Made by a program: the position numbers and the translations under genes. Shown one piece after another: positions 10,033-19,324 of a DNA stretch of 64,000 nt. Origin of the DNA: Salinarimonadaceae bacterium (GTDB taxonomy: Bacteria; Pseudomonadota; Alphaproteobacteria; Rhizobiales; Beijerinckiaceae); the NCBI GenBank assembly GCA_007693435.1, contig REDO01000057.1, forward strand, positions 9,010 to 73,009. Reading direction: 5' to 3'. The notes below the pieces were generated by a model that saw only the letters and a program-made list of their open reading frames with translations, did no database searches and had not been told where the DNA came from. Numbering within the stretch: the stretch's first letter is position 1; the number at the start of each line of letters is the position of its first letter.

Positions 10033-13000
10033 GTGTGCGTCGGACGCAATCGATTCGACGCGGATTTCGGCGCAGCGGCCGAAGCGAGACGGTTTTTGAA
10101 CGAACAGGACGACTTTGCCGCCCTGCAACAAAGCGCGCTGCGCCGCCCGCGCTGGCGTCTTTCGCGCGTGAAGCGGACGCTTGGATCACGAATCCTGCGC
10201 GGCGCCGTCGTCGTCAAGATCGTCCTTCTCGTCATCGTATCGCTCGCCGCCGGATTGCTCTACTGGCGCCTCGCCCAGGCGCCCCTGCGCCTCGACGGCC
10301 TGTCCGAACAGGTGACTGCGGCGCTTTCGCAGCGCGTCGGCGACGACTGGCGCATCTCGATCGCGGACTCGTCCATCATTCTGGTCGGCGGCGGCATTGG
10401 GATGGAGGTCGAGGGCCTCGACCTGCGCGACGCCGCAGGCCGCCTGGTGGCGCGCGCGCCCAGCGCGCTCGTGGCGATCTCGACTGGATCGCTGATCGCG
10501 GGAGCGCCGACGCCCAGAGGCGTCGAGTTGCGTGATACCGAGCTGCGCCTGCGCATCGCGCAGGACGGTTCGATCTCCCTGTCGCCGCCAGCCGAGAACG
10601 GCCCTGTGGTCGAGCCGCCTCCCCCGATTCCCGTCGCGGCCGAGCCCATTCCGTTCGCACCTCCGCCCGCCGCCGGAGTCGTGATCGCCGGCCTTCTCGG
10701 CGCGCTGATCGACGCGCGCGGCCCGATCGGGGCCGTGGACTACGCAGCCCTGAAAGACGCGCGGATCACGCTCGTCGACGTCGACGGGCGCGAGCGCGCG
10801 GCCTTCAGCAGGGTCGACCTCCTGTTCGCGACCGCCGGAGCCGGTCGGCGCTTCGACGGCGAGTTCGACGGCGAGGGCGGGGTCTGGCGCGTCTCGGGCG
10901 CGGTGCAGCCAGACGGCAGCGGCGGCAAGACCGCGCGGCTCGCAGTGGAGAATCTGCCGCTCGTCGATATCTTTCTCTTCGCCGGTCTCTCGCCCGCCGC
11001 CGAGGCGCGCGACCTGCGTTTCGACCTCGTTGCGGAGCTGGCGATCGGTCCGGGCGGACAGGTGCACGCCTTCTCGGCCCGGATCGAGGGCGAACCCGGC
11101 ACGATCCGCCTCGGCGACCCGGCCATGCCGCTTCTGACTTTCGGCGACTTCTCGGCGAGCCTCGCCTGGGACGGGGAACGCGGCGTCATCGACGTCGAGA
11201 ACATCCTCTACTCGTCGGGTGATACGAATGTGCGGCTGGCCGGCTCGGTGACGCCCGACGAGGAGGGCCACGGCTGGCGCGCCGATATTCGTGGCGGCGC
11301 CGCGACCCTGAGCGGGGCGGCGGAGGGCGACGCCCCCGTCCCCGTCGATGCGATCCGCGTGCTCGCGCAAGGCGGGCCTGACGGCCTCGTCGTGAACGAG
11401 CTGTTCCTCAAGGGGCCGGCGCTCGACGCCGTGGCCGCCATGTCCTTCGGCGCGGGCGTCGACGAGGGTGGGCTGAGGGTCGCGCTGGAAGCCCGGGAAA
11501 CGGGCGTTCGCGAAGCGTTGCGCGTCTGGCCCGAATTCGTCGCGCCGACAGTGCGGAATTACCTCGTCGAGACGCTCTCATCCGGCAGGCTCGAGCGCCT
11601 CTCGCTCGCGACCGTCATCACCGCCGAGGATTTCCGGGCGATGCGGCGCAAGGAGGGGCTGCCTCACGAGGCGTTGGACATCGATTTCTCGATCATCGAC
11701 GCGACCTTCGCGCCCAATCCCGGCCTCCCGCCCCTCACGCGAGCGCATATCGCGGGATCGGTGCACGGCCGCTCGGCCGCGATCGCGGACGCCACGGCCC
11801 TGCTGCCCCTGGAGGACGGGCGCGTTCTCGCGCTCACCGACGGCGATTTCGCGATGGAGGATTTCTGGCGCTCCGGCGAGCCCGCCGCAATCGATTTCCG
11901 GCTCGGAGGGGGCGCGGACGCCCTCGCCTCCCTGCTGCGCATGCCGATCATCGCCCGCGCCGAGCAGGTGAACCTGTCTCCCGACGACGTATCCGGCGAC
12001 ATCGATCTCGGCGTGTCGCTGGCGATCGCTTTCAACGAGCCTCCGGACGCCGCCAGGATTCCGATCCGCGTCGAAGGCGACGTCACCGAACTGAAGCTGA
12101 AATCCGTCTTCGGAAAGGACGATCTGACGGAGGGCGCCTTCTCGCTGAGCTATCGCGACGGCGATCTCGACCTGCGCGGCCGCGCCCGTCTCGCCGAGGA
12201 CAGGGCCGATGTGGCGTTGGCCCAAAAGCGCGGCGGCGTGGGTGAGGCGACGATCTCCCTGACCCTCGACGACGCGGCGCGCAGGCGCCGGGGGATCGAT
12301 CTCGGCGCGGCGCTCACGGGGCCGATCCCGGTCGTGATCCGCACCCGGCTTTCTGGCGACCAGGGCATGCGCGTGGAGGCGGATCTGGCGCAGGCGCGGA
12401 TCGACAACCTGATTCCCGGCTGGGTCAAACCCGCCGGGCAACCCGGCTCGGTCGCCATGACCCTCAGGACCGGAACGCGTATCGACGGCTTCAGGCTGGA
12501 GGCCGGAGCGACGCGAATTGTCGGGGATCTCGAGATCGACGCTCAGGGCGGACTCGCAGCGGCGGAACTGACCACTCTGCGCCTGTCGCCGGGAGACGAC
12601 GCCAGCGCCAGCATCTCGAACGATGCAGGCGTATGGCGGGCCACCGTGCGCGCCAACGTCGTCGATGCGCGCCCCTTCCTCTCGCTCGTCACGCAGCGCG
12701 GCGACGGCGAAGCGGAAGGCGCGATGGCGCGGCTGGAGCTCGACCTGCGCGCCGAAATCGTGACCGGACATAACGGCGAGGCTCTCACGAACGCCGAGTT
12801 GAACCTGTCGCTGAGGCCGGACACGATCCGCGATGTTTCCCTTCGCGGCCGCTTCCCCGGCGCGACCGTCTCCGCCCGCAAGACGCTGACGCCCGCAGGG
12901 CGTTCGGCGATCGTGGTCGAGAGCGGCGACGCCGGCGCGACGCTGCGTTTCATCGACCTCTACACGCGAATGGGCGGCGGCGAACTCGATTTCCAGATCG

Positions 13001-13548
13001 TGACGGACAGCGACGAGCAGCCGGGACGCCTCGTGATCCGAAACTTCGTCCTGCGCGACGAACCGGCGCTGCGCACGCTCGTTTCGCAACAGCCGCAGCG
13101 GATGTCCCCTGACGGCGTGATCAACGAAAGCGCAGCGCGTTTCACGCAGGCGCGGGCCGATTTCGTGCGCCGAGGCGGATGGATCGACGTGTCGGAGGCG
13201 GTGATGTGGGGGACGGAGATCGGCTTCCGGCTGGACGGCCATCTCGACCAGACAAGCCGGGAGCTCGACATTCGCGGCACGTTCGTGCCGGCCTTCGGAC
13301 TGAACAACGCGTTCGCCCAGGTGCCTCTGTTCGGGGCCATTCTCGGCGGCGGGCGTCACGAAGGGCTGATCGGGATCAATTTTCGTGTCGCGGGCTCGCT
13401 CGACGCCCCCACGCTGACGGTCAATCCGCTCTCCGCCATCGCGCCGGGCTTTCTGCGCAGGTTGTTCGAGGCGGGCGGCGCGCCACCCTCCCGTCCACCG
13501 CCTTCAGCGCCGCAGACGCCGTCTCCTTCGCTTGCTCCGACGCGTTGA
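10033..13548 (+). CDS. large AsmA-like / DUF3971 (YhdP-like) envelope protein
   Basis: This is an 1171-aa ORF starting at GTG. It has a single N-terminal TM (VVKIVLLVIVSLAAGLLYW) followed by a long beta-rich region. The C-terminal GLIGINFRVAGSLDAPTLTVNPLSAIAPGFLRRLF is typical of the AsmA-like C-terminal region. The start codon is uncertain. Confidence 0.7.
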   Translation: MCVGRNRFDADFGAAAEARRFLNEQDDFAALQQSALRRPRWRLSRVKRTLGSRILRGAVVVKIVLLVIVSLAAGLLYWRLAQAPLRLDGLSEQVTAALSQRVGDDWRISIADSSIILVGGGIGMEVEGLDLRDAAGRLVARAPSALVAISTGSLIAGAPTPRGVELRDTELRLRIAQDGSISLSPPAENGPVVEPPPPIPVAAEPIPFAPPPAAGVVIAGLLGALIDARGPIGAVDYAALKDARITLVDVDGRERAAFSRVDLLFATAGAGRRFDGEFDGEGGVWRVSGAVQPDGSGGKTARLAVENLPLVDIFLFAGLSPAAEARDLRFDLVAELAIGPGGQVHAFSARIEGEPGTIRLGDPAMPLLTFGDFSASLAWDGERGVIDVENILYSSGDTNVRLAGSVTPDEEGHGWRADIRGGAATLSGAAEGDAPVPVDAIRVLAQGGPDGLVVNELFLKGPALDAVAAMSFGAGVDEGGLRVALEARETGVREALRVWPEFVAPTVRNYLVETLSSGRLERLSLATVITAEDFRAMRRKEGLPHEALDIDFSIIDATFAPNPGLPPLTRAHIAGSVHGRSAAIADATALLPLEDGRVLALTDGDFAMEDFWRSGEPAAIDFRLGGGADALASLLRMPIIARAEQVNLSPDDVSGDIDLGVSLAIAFNEPPDAARIPIRVEGDVTELKLKSVFGKDDLTEGAFSLSYRDGDLDLRGRARLAEDRADVALAQKRGGVGEATISLTLDDAARRRRGIDLGAALTGPIPVVIRTRLSGDQGMRVEADLAQARIDNLIPGWVKPAGQPGSVAMTLRTGTRIDGFRLEAGATRIVGDLEIDAQGGLAAAELTTLRLSPGDDASASISNDAGVWRATVRANVVDARPFLSLVTQRGDGEAEGAMARLELDLRAEIVTGHNGEALTNAELNLSLRPDTIRDVSLRGRFPGATVSARKTLTPAGRSAIVVESGDAGATLRFIDLYTRMGGGELDFQIVTDSDEQPGRLVIRNFVLRDEPALRTLVSQQPQRMSPDGVINESAARFTQARADFVRRGGWIDVSEAVMWGTEIGFRLDGHLDQTSRELDIRGTFVPAFGLNNAFAQVPLFGAILGGGRHEGLIGINFRVAGSLDAPTLTVNPLSAIAPGFLRRLFEAGGAPPSRPPPSAPQTPSPSLAPTR

Positions 13549-13561
13549 GAGCCGCGCGGCG

Positions 13562-13780
13562 TCAGGCCCCGAAAAGCAGCATCACGCCGGCGACGATCAT
13601 CCCGGCGGCCGCGTTCCAGCCGGCGCCCGGGCGGCTGGCGACGTCACGTCCGTCGTCGTCGAAAGCGAATGCCTCGCCGGCGAGGCGCGCCGCGTCGCGC
13701 AGATGGATCGTCTGGGCGCGTTCGCCGCGACCCTTGCCGCTTGCGCGACGATGCTTGCGGATGATTTCTGCGATGGCCAT
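13562..13780 (-). CDS. small hypothetical protein with C-terminal TM helix (72 aa)
   Basis: ATG at 13780 is preceded by GGGAGG 6 nt upstream. Third codon positions are GC-rich. The C-terminus is WNAAAGMIVAGVMLLFGA. I recognise no family. Confidence 0.4.
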   Translation of the reverse strand: MAIAEIIRKHRRASGKGRGERAQTIHLRDAARLAGEAFAFDDDGRDVASRPGAGWNAAAGMIVAGVMLLFGA

Positions 13781-14117
13781 GACGCGCCTCCCGCTGAATC
13801 GCGCGCCGCATCTCACGACGCGCTTCGGGGACCATGCTGCGCTACACAAGTGACCATTGTCTGAACGAGAAAAATTCATTCACTGGATTGCCGGAATCAA
13901 CACGGATGCGCGGCGCTCGGCCTTGGGCGCCGGCGCGGCGCCAAATCCCTCGTGGAGAAGCGCGCCGCGCCCACTATCCTCGCCGTCCCTGACCCGTTAT
14001 GGAACCTTCAGCGCTGGTCCGGAGGGGCGGAGCGGCTTCCAGTTTCTCCTTTGTTCTCGTATAGAGAACCGTGAGATCCATGCGCGACACAGTGATTCGA
14101 TCCGGAGCGGCGACGAT

Positions 14118-16169
14118 ATGAGCGGGGGTGGCGATCTTTTCGAAGGCTCCGCTGCGAAAGCTGCGTTCGTGAACGATACGCCTCCTAAGGCGCGCAGCTC
14201 TGCGTCGAAAGCCGGCTCTCCTCCGCCGGGAGAAGCAGGATACACGGCTTCCGCGATCGAGGTGCTCGAAGGCCTGGAGCCGGTTCGTCGCCGGCCGGGC
14301 ATGTATATCGGCGGCACGGACGAAAAGGCACTGCATCATCTCTTCGCCGAGGTGATCGACAACGCCATGGACGAGGCGGTGTCCGGCCACGCCACCTTCA
14401 TCGAGGTGGAGTTCGAGGCCGACGGGTTCCTGACGGTCACCGATAACGGCCGGGGCATCCCAGTCGACCCGCACCCGAAATTCCCCGACAAATCGGCGCT
14501 CGAGGTGATCCTCACCACGCTCCATGCCGGCGGCAAATTCGATTCAAAGGTCTACGAGACCTCCGGCGGATTGCACGGGGTCGGCGTGTCGGTCGTCAAC
14601 GCCTTGTCCGAGCGGCTCGAGGTCGAGGTGGCGCGCGGGCAGACGCTTTATCGGCAGATCTACGAGCGCGGCAACCCCGTCACGCCTCTGGAGACGATCG
14701 GGCGAGTCCACAATCGCCGCGGAACGCGGGTCCGGTTTCGGCCCGACGCCCAGATCTTCGGCGCGGACGGCGTCGCCTTTTCGCCCGCGCGGCTGTTCCG
14801 CATGGCGCGCTCGAAGGCCTATCTCTTCGGCGGCGTCGAAATCCGCTGGCGCTGCGCGCCCGAGCGCGCCGGCGACACGGTCGCGACGGAGGCGACTTTC
14901 CGCTTCCCCAACGGTTTGAAGGACTATCTGACGAACGATCTGGAAGGGCGCGAGCTCGTCGTCGACCAGATCTTCTTCGGCAAGATCCGCAAGCCTGGCG
15001 GCCATGGCTCGCTGGAATGGGCGATCACGTGGCTCGGGGGCGTGGAGGACGGCTTCTCCTCGTCCTACTGCAACACCATTCCCACGCCCGAGGGCGGCAC
15101 GCACGAGAGCGGCATGCGCATGGCGCTGCTGCGGGGCTTGCGCGACCACGCCGAGCGCGTCAACCAGACCAAGCGCGTGGCGCAGGTCACCGCCGACGAC
15201 GTGATGACGACCTGCGCGGCCATGCTCTCGGTGTTCATCCGCGAGCCGGAATTCCAGGGCCAGACCAAGGACAAGCTCGCGACGCTCGAAGCCTCCCGCA
15301 TCGTCGAGAACGCCCTGCGCGACGCGTTCGACCACTGGCTAGCCGCGTCTCCCGCGCAGGCAAACCGCCTGCTGGACTGGGTGGTCGATCGCGCCGAGGA
15401 GCGGCTGCGGCGACGCCAGGAGAAGGAGGTCGCCCGCAAGACCGCGACGCGCAAGCTGCGCCTGCCCGGCAAGCTCGCCGATTGCAGCAACGCAGGCGCC
15501 GCGGGCTCCGAACTGTTCATCGTCGAGGGCGATTCCGCCGGCGGCTCCGCCAAGCAGGCGCGCGACCGCGCCACGCAGGCGATCCTGCCGCTGCGCGGCA
15601 AGATCCTGAACGTCGCTTCCGCCGGGCGCGACAAGCTGGCGGCTAACCAGCAGCTTTCCGATCTCGCGCAGGCGCTGGGCTGTGGCGTCGGCTCGCAATA
15701 TCGCGAAGACGACCTGCGCTACGAGAAGATCATCATCATGACGGACGCCGACGTGGACGGCGCCCATATCGCATCGCTTCTGATCACGTTCTTCTATCGG
15801 CAGACGCCGCGCCTGATCGACGCCGGGCGGCTCTATCTGGCGGTCCCGCCGCTCTACAAGCTGACCCACGGGGCCAAGACCGTCTACGCGCGCGACGACG
15901 CGCACAAGGATGAACTCATCGCCAGGGAGTTCAAGGCGAACGCGAAGGTCGAGGTGAGCCGCTTCAAGGGTCTCGGCGAGATGATGCCCGCCCAGCTCAA
16001 GGAGACGACGATGCATCCGGCCAAGCGCATGCTCCTGCGCGTCGCCGTGCGCGACGACAACCGCGAACAGACGTCGGACGCGATCGACCGGCTTATGGGA
16101 ACGAAGCCCGAAGCGCGTTTCGCCTTCATCCAGGAGCGCGCCGCTTTCGCAACCGATCTCGATATCTGA
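14118..16169 (+). CDS. parE: DNA topoisomerase IV subunit B
   Basis: The GHKL ATPase (HHLFAEVIDNAMDE, DNGRGIPV, GGLHGVG), Toprim (EGDSAGGSAKQARDR, PLRGKILNV) and IMTDADVDGAHI motifs are present. There is no GyrB-specific insertion, and the size is about 683 aa. I placed the start at MSGGGDLF (ATG 14118). The upstream extension to 13857 has no homology-like features. Confidence 0.9.
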   Translation: MSGGGDLFEGSAAKAAFVNDTPPKARSSASKAGSPPPGEAGYTASAIEVLEGLEPVRRRPGMYIGGTDEKALHHLFAEVIDNAMDEAVSGHATFIEVEFEADGFLTVTDNGRGIPVDPHPKFPDKSALEVILTTLHAGGKFDSKVYETSGGLHGVGVSVVNALSERLEVEVARGQTLYRQIYERGNPVTPLETIGRVHNRRGTRVRFRPDAQIFGADGVAFSPARLFRMARSKAYLFGGVEIRWRCAPERAGDTVATEATFRFPNGLKDYLTNDLEGRELVVDQIFFGKIRKPGGHGSLEWAITWLGGVEDGFSSSYCNTIPTPEGGTHESGMRMALLRGLRDHAERVNQTKRVAQVTADDVMTTCAAMLSVFIREPEFQGQTKDKLATLEASRIVENALRDAFDHWLAASPAQANRLLDWVVDRAEERLRRRQEKEVARKTATRKLRLPGKLADCSNAGAAGSELFIVEGDSAGGSAKQARDRATQAILPLRGKILNVASAGRDKLAANQQLSDLAQALGCGVGSQYREDDLRYEKIIIMTDADVDGAHIASLLITFFYRQTPRLIDAGRLYLAVPPLYKLTHGAKTVYARDDAHKDELIAREFKANAKVEVSRFKGLGEMMPAQLKETTMHPAKRMLLRVAVRDDNREQTSDAIDRLMGTKPEARFAFIQERAAFATDLDI

Positions 16170-16285
16170 CGGCGCCGCCCGTCCCGGATTTTGCGCCGCG
16201 CCCCTTGTGGGAAGCGGCTACGGGGGGCAGTCTCGGAAGAATCGCGGCCTCGGCCGCGCCCGCGAACGCCCGGAAGGAGACCGTC

Positions 16286-16948
16286 ATGAGCACGCCCGCC
16301 AGCCCCGCATCCGCGCCGGTGCGCATCAGCGTCATCTCCGACGTGATCTGTCCATGGTGCTATCTCGGCAAGCGCCGGCTCGAGAGCGCGCTCGAGGAAA
16401 GCGGAACCGACGCCGAGATCGCGTGGCTGCCCTTCGAGCTCAATCCGGACATGCCGGTGGAGGGTATGCCCCGCGCGGAATACCGGGAGCGCAAATTCGG
16501 CGCGGAGCGCGGGGCGACCCTGGACACGGAAATGCGCGAGCGTGGCGAGGCGGAGGGCTTGAACTTCGACTTCGAACGCATGTCCCGCACCCCCAACACC
16601 CGGCGCGCCCATATGCTCATCGCCCACGCCGCGACGATGGGCGAGGACGATTCGCTCGTCGACGCGCTGTTTCGGGCCTATTTCGAAGAAGGCGTCGATA
16701 TCGGCGATGTCGATGCGCTATTGGGCGTCGCCGCGTCCCTGGGTTTCGATGAGGCGACGTGCCGCGCGGTGCTCGCGGACGCAACGATCGCGCAGGCCGT
16801 CGCCAACATGGAGGCCCGGGCGACGGAAGCAGGCGTAACCGGCGTGCCGTTCTTCATCGTCGAAGAGAAATACGGAATTTCGGGAGCGCAGCCGAAGGAA
16901 ACGTGGCTGTCTGTCTTCGCGGACCTGAACAAGGCCGCGGAAGGCTGA
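16286..16948 (+). CDS. DsbA-family oxidoreductase (FrnE/polyketide-isomerase-like thioredoxin fold)
   Basis: ISVISDVICPWCYLGKRRLE carries the CPWC active site. GGAAGGAG lies upstream of ATG 16286. GVTGVPFFIVEEKYGISGAQ is typical of this family. Confidence 0.85.
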   Translation: MSTPASPASAPVRISVISDVICPWCYLGKRRLESALEESGTDAEIAWLPFELNPDMPVEGMPRAEYRERKFGAERGATLDTEMRERGEAEGLNFDFERMSRTPNTRRAHMLIAHAATMGEDDSLVDALFRAYFEEGVDIGDVDALLGVAASLGFDEATCRAVLADATIAQAVANMEARATEAGVTGVPFFIVEEKYGISGAQPKETWLSVFADLNKAAEG

Positions 16949-17175
16949 ACGCGCGAAGTCGCCGAAAAAATTGGGGCGCTGCTCAAGATCGAAAACGGCC
17001 CCTCCGACCGTTTCACAATCCTGGCAGCGCCTCCGCGCCCTCTGGAAGGCTTTTCTCGATCCCGGGCCGAAACCCCTGAACCGACGCAACATTAGCAGAA
17101 ACGCGTGCGACGTCGCGCCCATATATGCGCCAAAGCTGCGGAAAGGAGCGGCGCCAAGTCGTCCATGCGGGCGCC

Positions 17176-17925
17176 TCAGCCCGGCGGCGTACGGGCTTCG
17201 GGGCTGGTGGCCGTCGTGACCGGGCGGCGGACGCCAGGTCGGCGCTCCTCGAACACCGCGTCAGAATCGGCAGGCGAGCTCCGAGCGGCCACGGGAGCGG
17301 GAGCGGGAGCGGCCACGGGGGGGACCTCCGGCGCCCGCGACAAACGTCGCGCCGCACTGGCCGCGCCATCATCCGCCAGCCGGGAGGCGAATCGGTTCAT
17401 GCGCTGTTCGAGATAATCGATCAGCGATTCGAGCGCCCCATTGGTGATCGCGCCGTCGTGAAGTTTCGGCTGCTCGCCGAGAGCAATGCGTCGGGCGTCG
17501 CCCACCTCGTCGGCGGAGACCTCCGGCCCGAACCAGACAGGCGCGCGAAAGGCCTCTGCGTGGGCATTATCGGGGAACGTGACGAGCGCGTAGCTGACGA
17601 CCTGCGGCGCCGTATAGCGCTCCACCTCGACTGACACGCCGTTCGCCGCATCCAGCGCTATGCGCTCGTAGACGGCCTTGCCCGCGCACACGTCCAGCAG
17701 CACTTCGCCCTGCGCGCGCGAAACTTCGACGCGCTCCTCGGAGCCAGGACCGTCCGCCCCGAGTTCCTGGAGGAGGAGAAAACAAGTGTCTCCCTCGATC
17801 CGCAGGAAGGAGCGACGATCGGATCGGTCGGGGAAATGTCCTTCAACCAACGTCGCCGGCGAGCGCTCGCGACGAATGAGGCGCGCGAAGGCGGGGCTGA
17901 GAGAAAACCGGCGGAATACGCTCAT
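17176..17925 (-). CDS. CYTH-like domain protein with Pro/Ala-rich C-terminal extension
   Basis: From the internal ATG, MSVFRRFSLSPAFARLIRRERSPATLVEGHFPD ... ERVEVSRAQGEVLLDVCAGKAVYERIAL ... VEVERYTAP ... FRAPVWFGPEVSADE resembles the short alphaproteobacterial CYTH-like proteins as I recall them. The about 90-aa tail is low complexity (APAPAP). Confidence 0.5.
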   Translation of the reverse strand: MSVFRRFSLSPAFARLIRRERSPATLVEGHFPDRSDRRSFLRIEGDTCFLLLQELGADGPGSEERVEVSRAQGEVLLDVCAGKAVYERIALDAANGVSVEVERYTAPQVVSYALVTFPDNAHAEAFRAPVWFGPEVSADEVGDARRIALGEQPKLHDGAITNGALESLIDYLEQRMNRFASRLADDGAASAARRLSRAPEVPPVAAPAPAPVAARSSPADSDAVFEERRPGVRRPVTTATSPEARTPPG

Positions 17926-18134
17926 GAACGAACCTCGACGCAGACTGACTTCCCGTTGCCGGGCCATGCGGACGCGCCATCGCTTCGCGACACTGCCCCC
18001 GAAATTGATCGGATACGGCGCTTCAACAATGTCGAGAACGGGGCAGGTTCGCGCCATTCGGTCAAGGCGGATTACACGGTAACGAATTGTGCGGGATTTC
18101 GTTTATGGGCCGGTCGTCTTGCGACCAGTCGCGG

Positions 18135-18653
18135 TCAATGATCTCCGATAGGCCCCGCGAGGGCGCCGGAGCCATCGTCAGGGGCCTCGCCCGGAGCGTC
18201 ATGTTCGCCCTTGATCAACCGCAGAACCTCGACGGCGACCGGCCAGGGCAGAACCTGATTGACCCGAAGGAAGACTTCGCCATTTCCGATATCCTGAATC
18301 TCGACCGGACGGTCGGAATGCGGCGCGGCCGCGCTCTCGACCGAGTCGTTTTCCGGAGCGTTGTCGCCGATCAGCTCCTGCGTCTCGATGCCGAGCACCT
18401 TGCCCAGCGCTTCGACATGAGTCATGCGGCGCGGCAGGCTTCGTCCTTTGGCGTAGGACCAGACGCTGACGTCGCTGATGCGCGCGCCCGGCGGCAGGTG
18501 CTCCTGCGCGCGGCGGGCGGTCTCCTTGTAGGTCAGGCCGCTGCGCTTGATCGCGCTCCAGAGTCGATCGGCGAAAACATCCTTGTCGATCGGCAATGTT
18601 CTTTCCTTGCCGGTCGCGGCTGGCGAGGCGCTGAGTGGGCGACGCTGCATCAT
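18135..18653 (-). CDS. XRE-family helix-turn-helix transcriptional regulator
   Basis: FADRLWSAIKRSGLTYKETARRAQEHL...ISDVSVWSYAKGRSLPRRMTHVEALGKVLGI is a Cro/C1-type HTH. The C-terminal about 70 aa are unassigned. Confidence 0.7.
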   Translation of the reverse strand: MMQRRPLSASPAATGKERTLPIDKDVFADRLWSAIKRSGLTYKETARRAQEHLPPGARISDVSVWSYAKGRSLPRRMTHVEALGKVLGIETQELIGDNAPENDSVESAAAPHSDRPVEIQDIGNGEVFLRVNQVLPWPVAVEVLRLIKGEHDAPGEAPDDGSGALAGPIGDH

Positions 18654-18772
18654 GACAGCCTTACCCTGAAAATCCGCGGGGCCCGGAACCGGGCGAAAGC
18701 CTTACCCATCACGCGCAACCTGTTCTTCGCCACGCATGGCCGGCGACCACGCTGAAAATTCGCCTCAAATCC

Positions 18773-19087
18773 ATGACGGCGACCAATCGCCGCCGTCACG
18801 ACGCCACCTTCGAATCGCGAGCCGCCGTAACATTTCTTTTAGCATTTGATATCCTTAACGAAAAGTTAAAAAATGTTGCGCGGCGTGGCAACATGAACGT
18901 AGTGCCAAAGCAACCTGAGCGCGATTTCGTTAAAATTGACCGTAGTCCCAAATCTCGACGTCCCATAAAACAGTCCTCCTCGATTCGGCACAAAAAATCA
19001 GGCGCAAACTGCCGCGTAACCGCGTACCACGACCGGACATGCGTTCTTCATTCCGTACAATTTTTGATAATGACGCAGGAAAAATAG
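18773..19087 (+). CDS. orphan low-GC ORF (104 aa, or 64 aa from the internal ATG), coding status doubtful
   Basis: This is the only sizeable ORF in the AT-rich island. It is basic, has no recognisable motif, and uses atypical codons for this genome. It is followed 11 nt later by a hairpin plus T7 terminator, which is the only argument for expression. Confidence 0.25.
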   Translation: MTATNRRRHDATFESRAAVTFLLAFDILNEKLKNVARRGNMNVVPKQPERDFVKIDRSPKSRRPIKQSSSIRHKKSGANCRVTAYHDRTCVLHSVQFLIMTQEK

Positions 19088-19098
19088 GCGCGTAATCG

Positions 19099-19125
19099 TG
19101 CGCTCATGACGCAGCGCATTTTTTT
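19099..19125 (+). terminator. rho-independent terminator-like hairpin plus T7
   Basis: The stem is TGCGCT (19099-19104) / AGCGCA (19113-19118) with an 8-nt loop, followed by TTTTTTT (19119-25). Confidence 0.4.
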
Positions 19126-19324
19126 CGAGAGATTGCACCGCGCCAAGAAGATCACAAGAAAACGTTGTCGAACGCGAAGCTCGCACGCAGCAGCGCTACA
19201 ACGCGTTCCCGTGTCGCTTCGGGCGGGGGCGCTTTAGCGGACGCCCTCGCCGGCGACAATGTGCGGGTGGACGACGGCGCGCCGAGGATGCCCCGGGTAA
19301 GGGCGCCCAGCGGGGCCGGGCTCC

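Noticed and set aside
11578-13359. 593-aa minus-strand ORF (also 10186..11370, 394 aa)
   Set aside because: They are antisense to the 1171-aa AsmA-like gene and have shadow-ORF composition.
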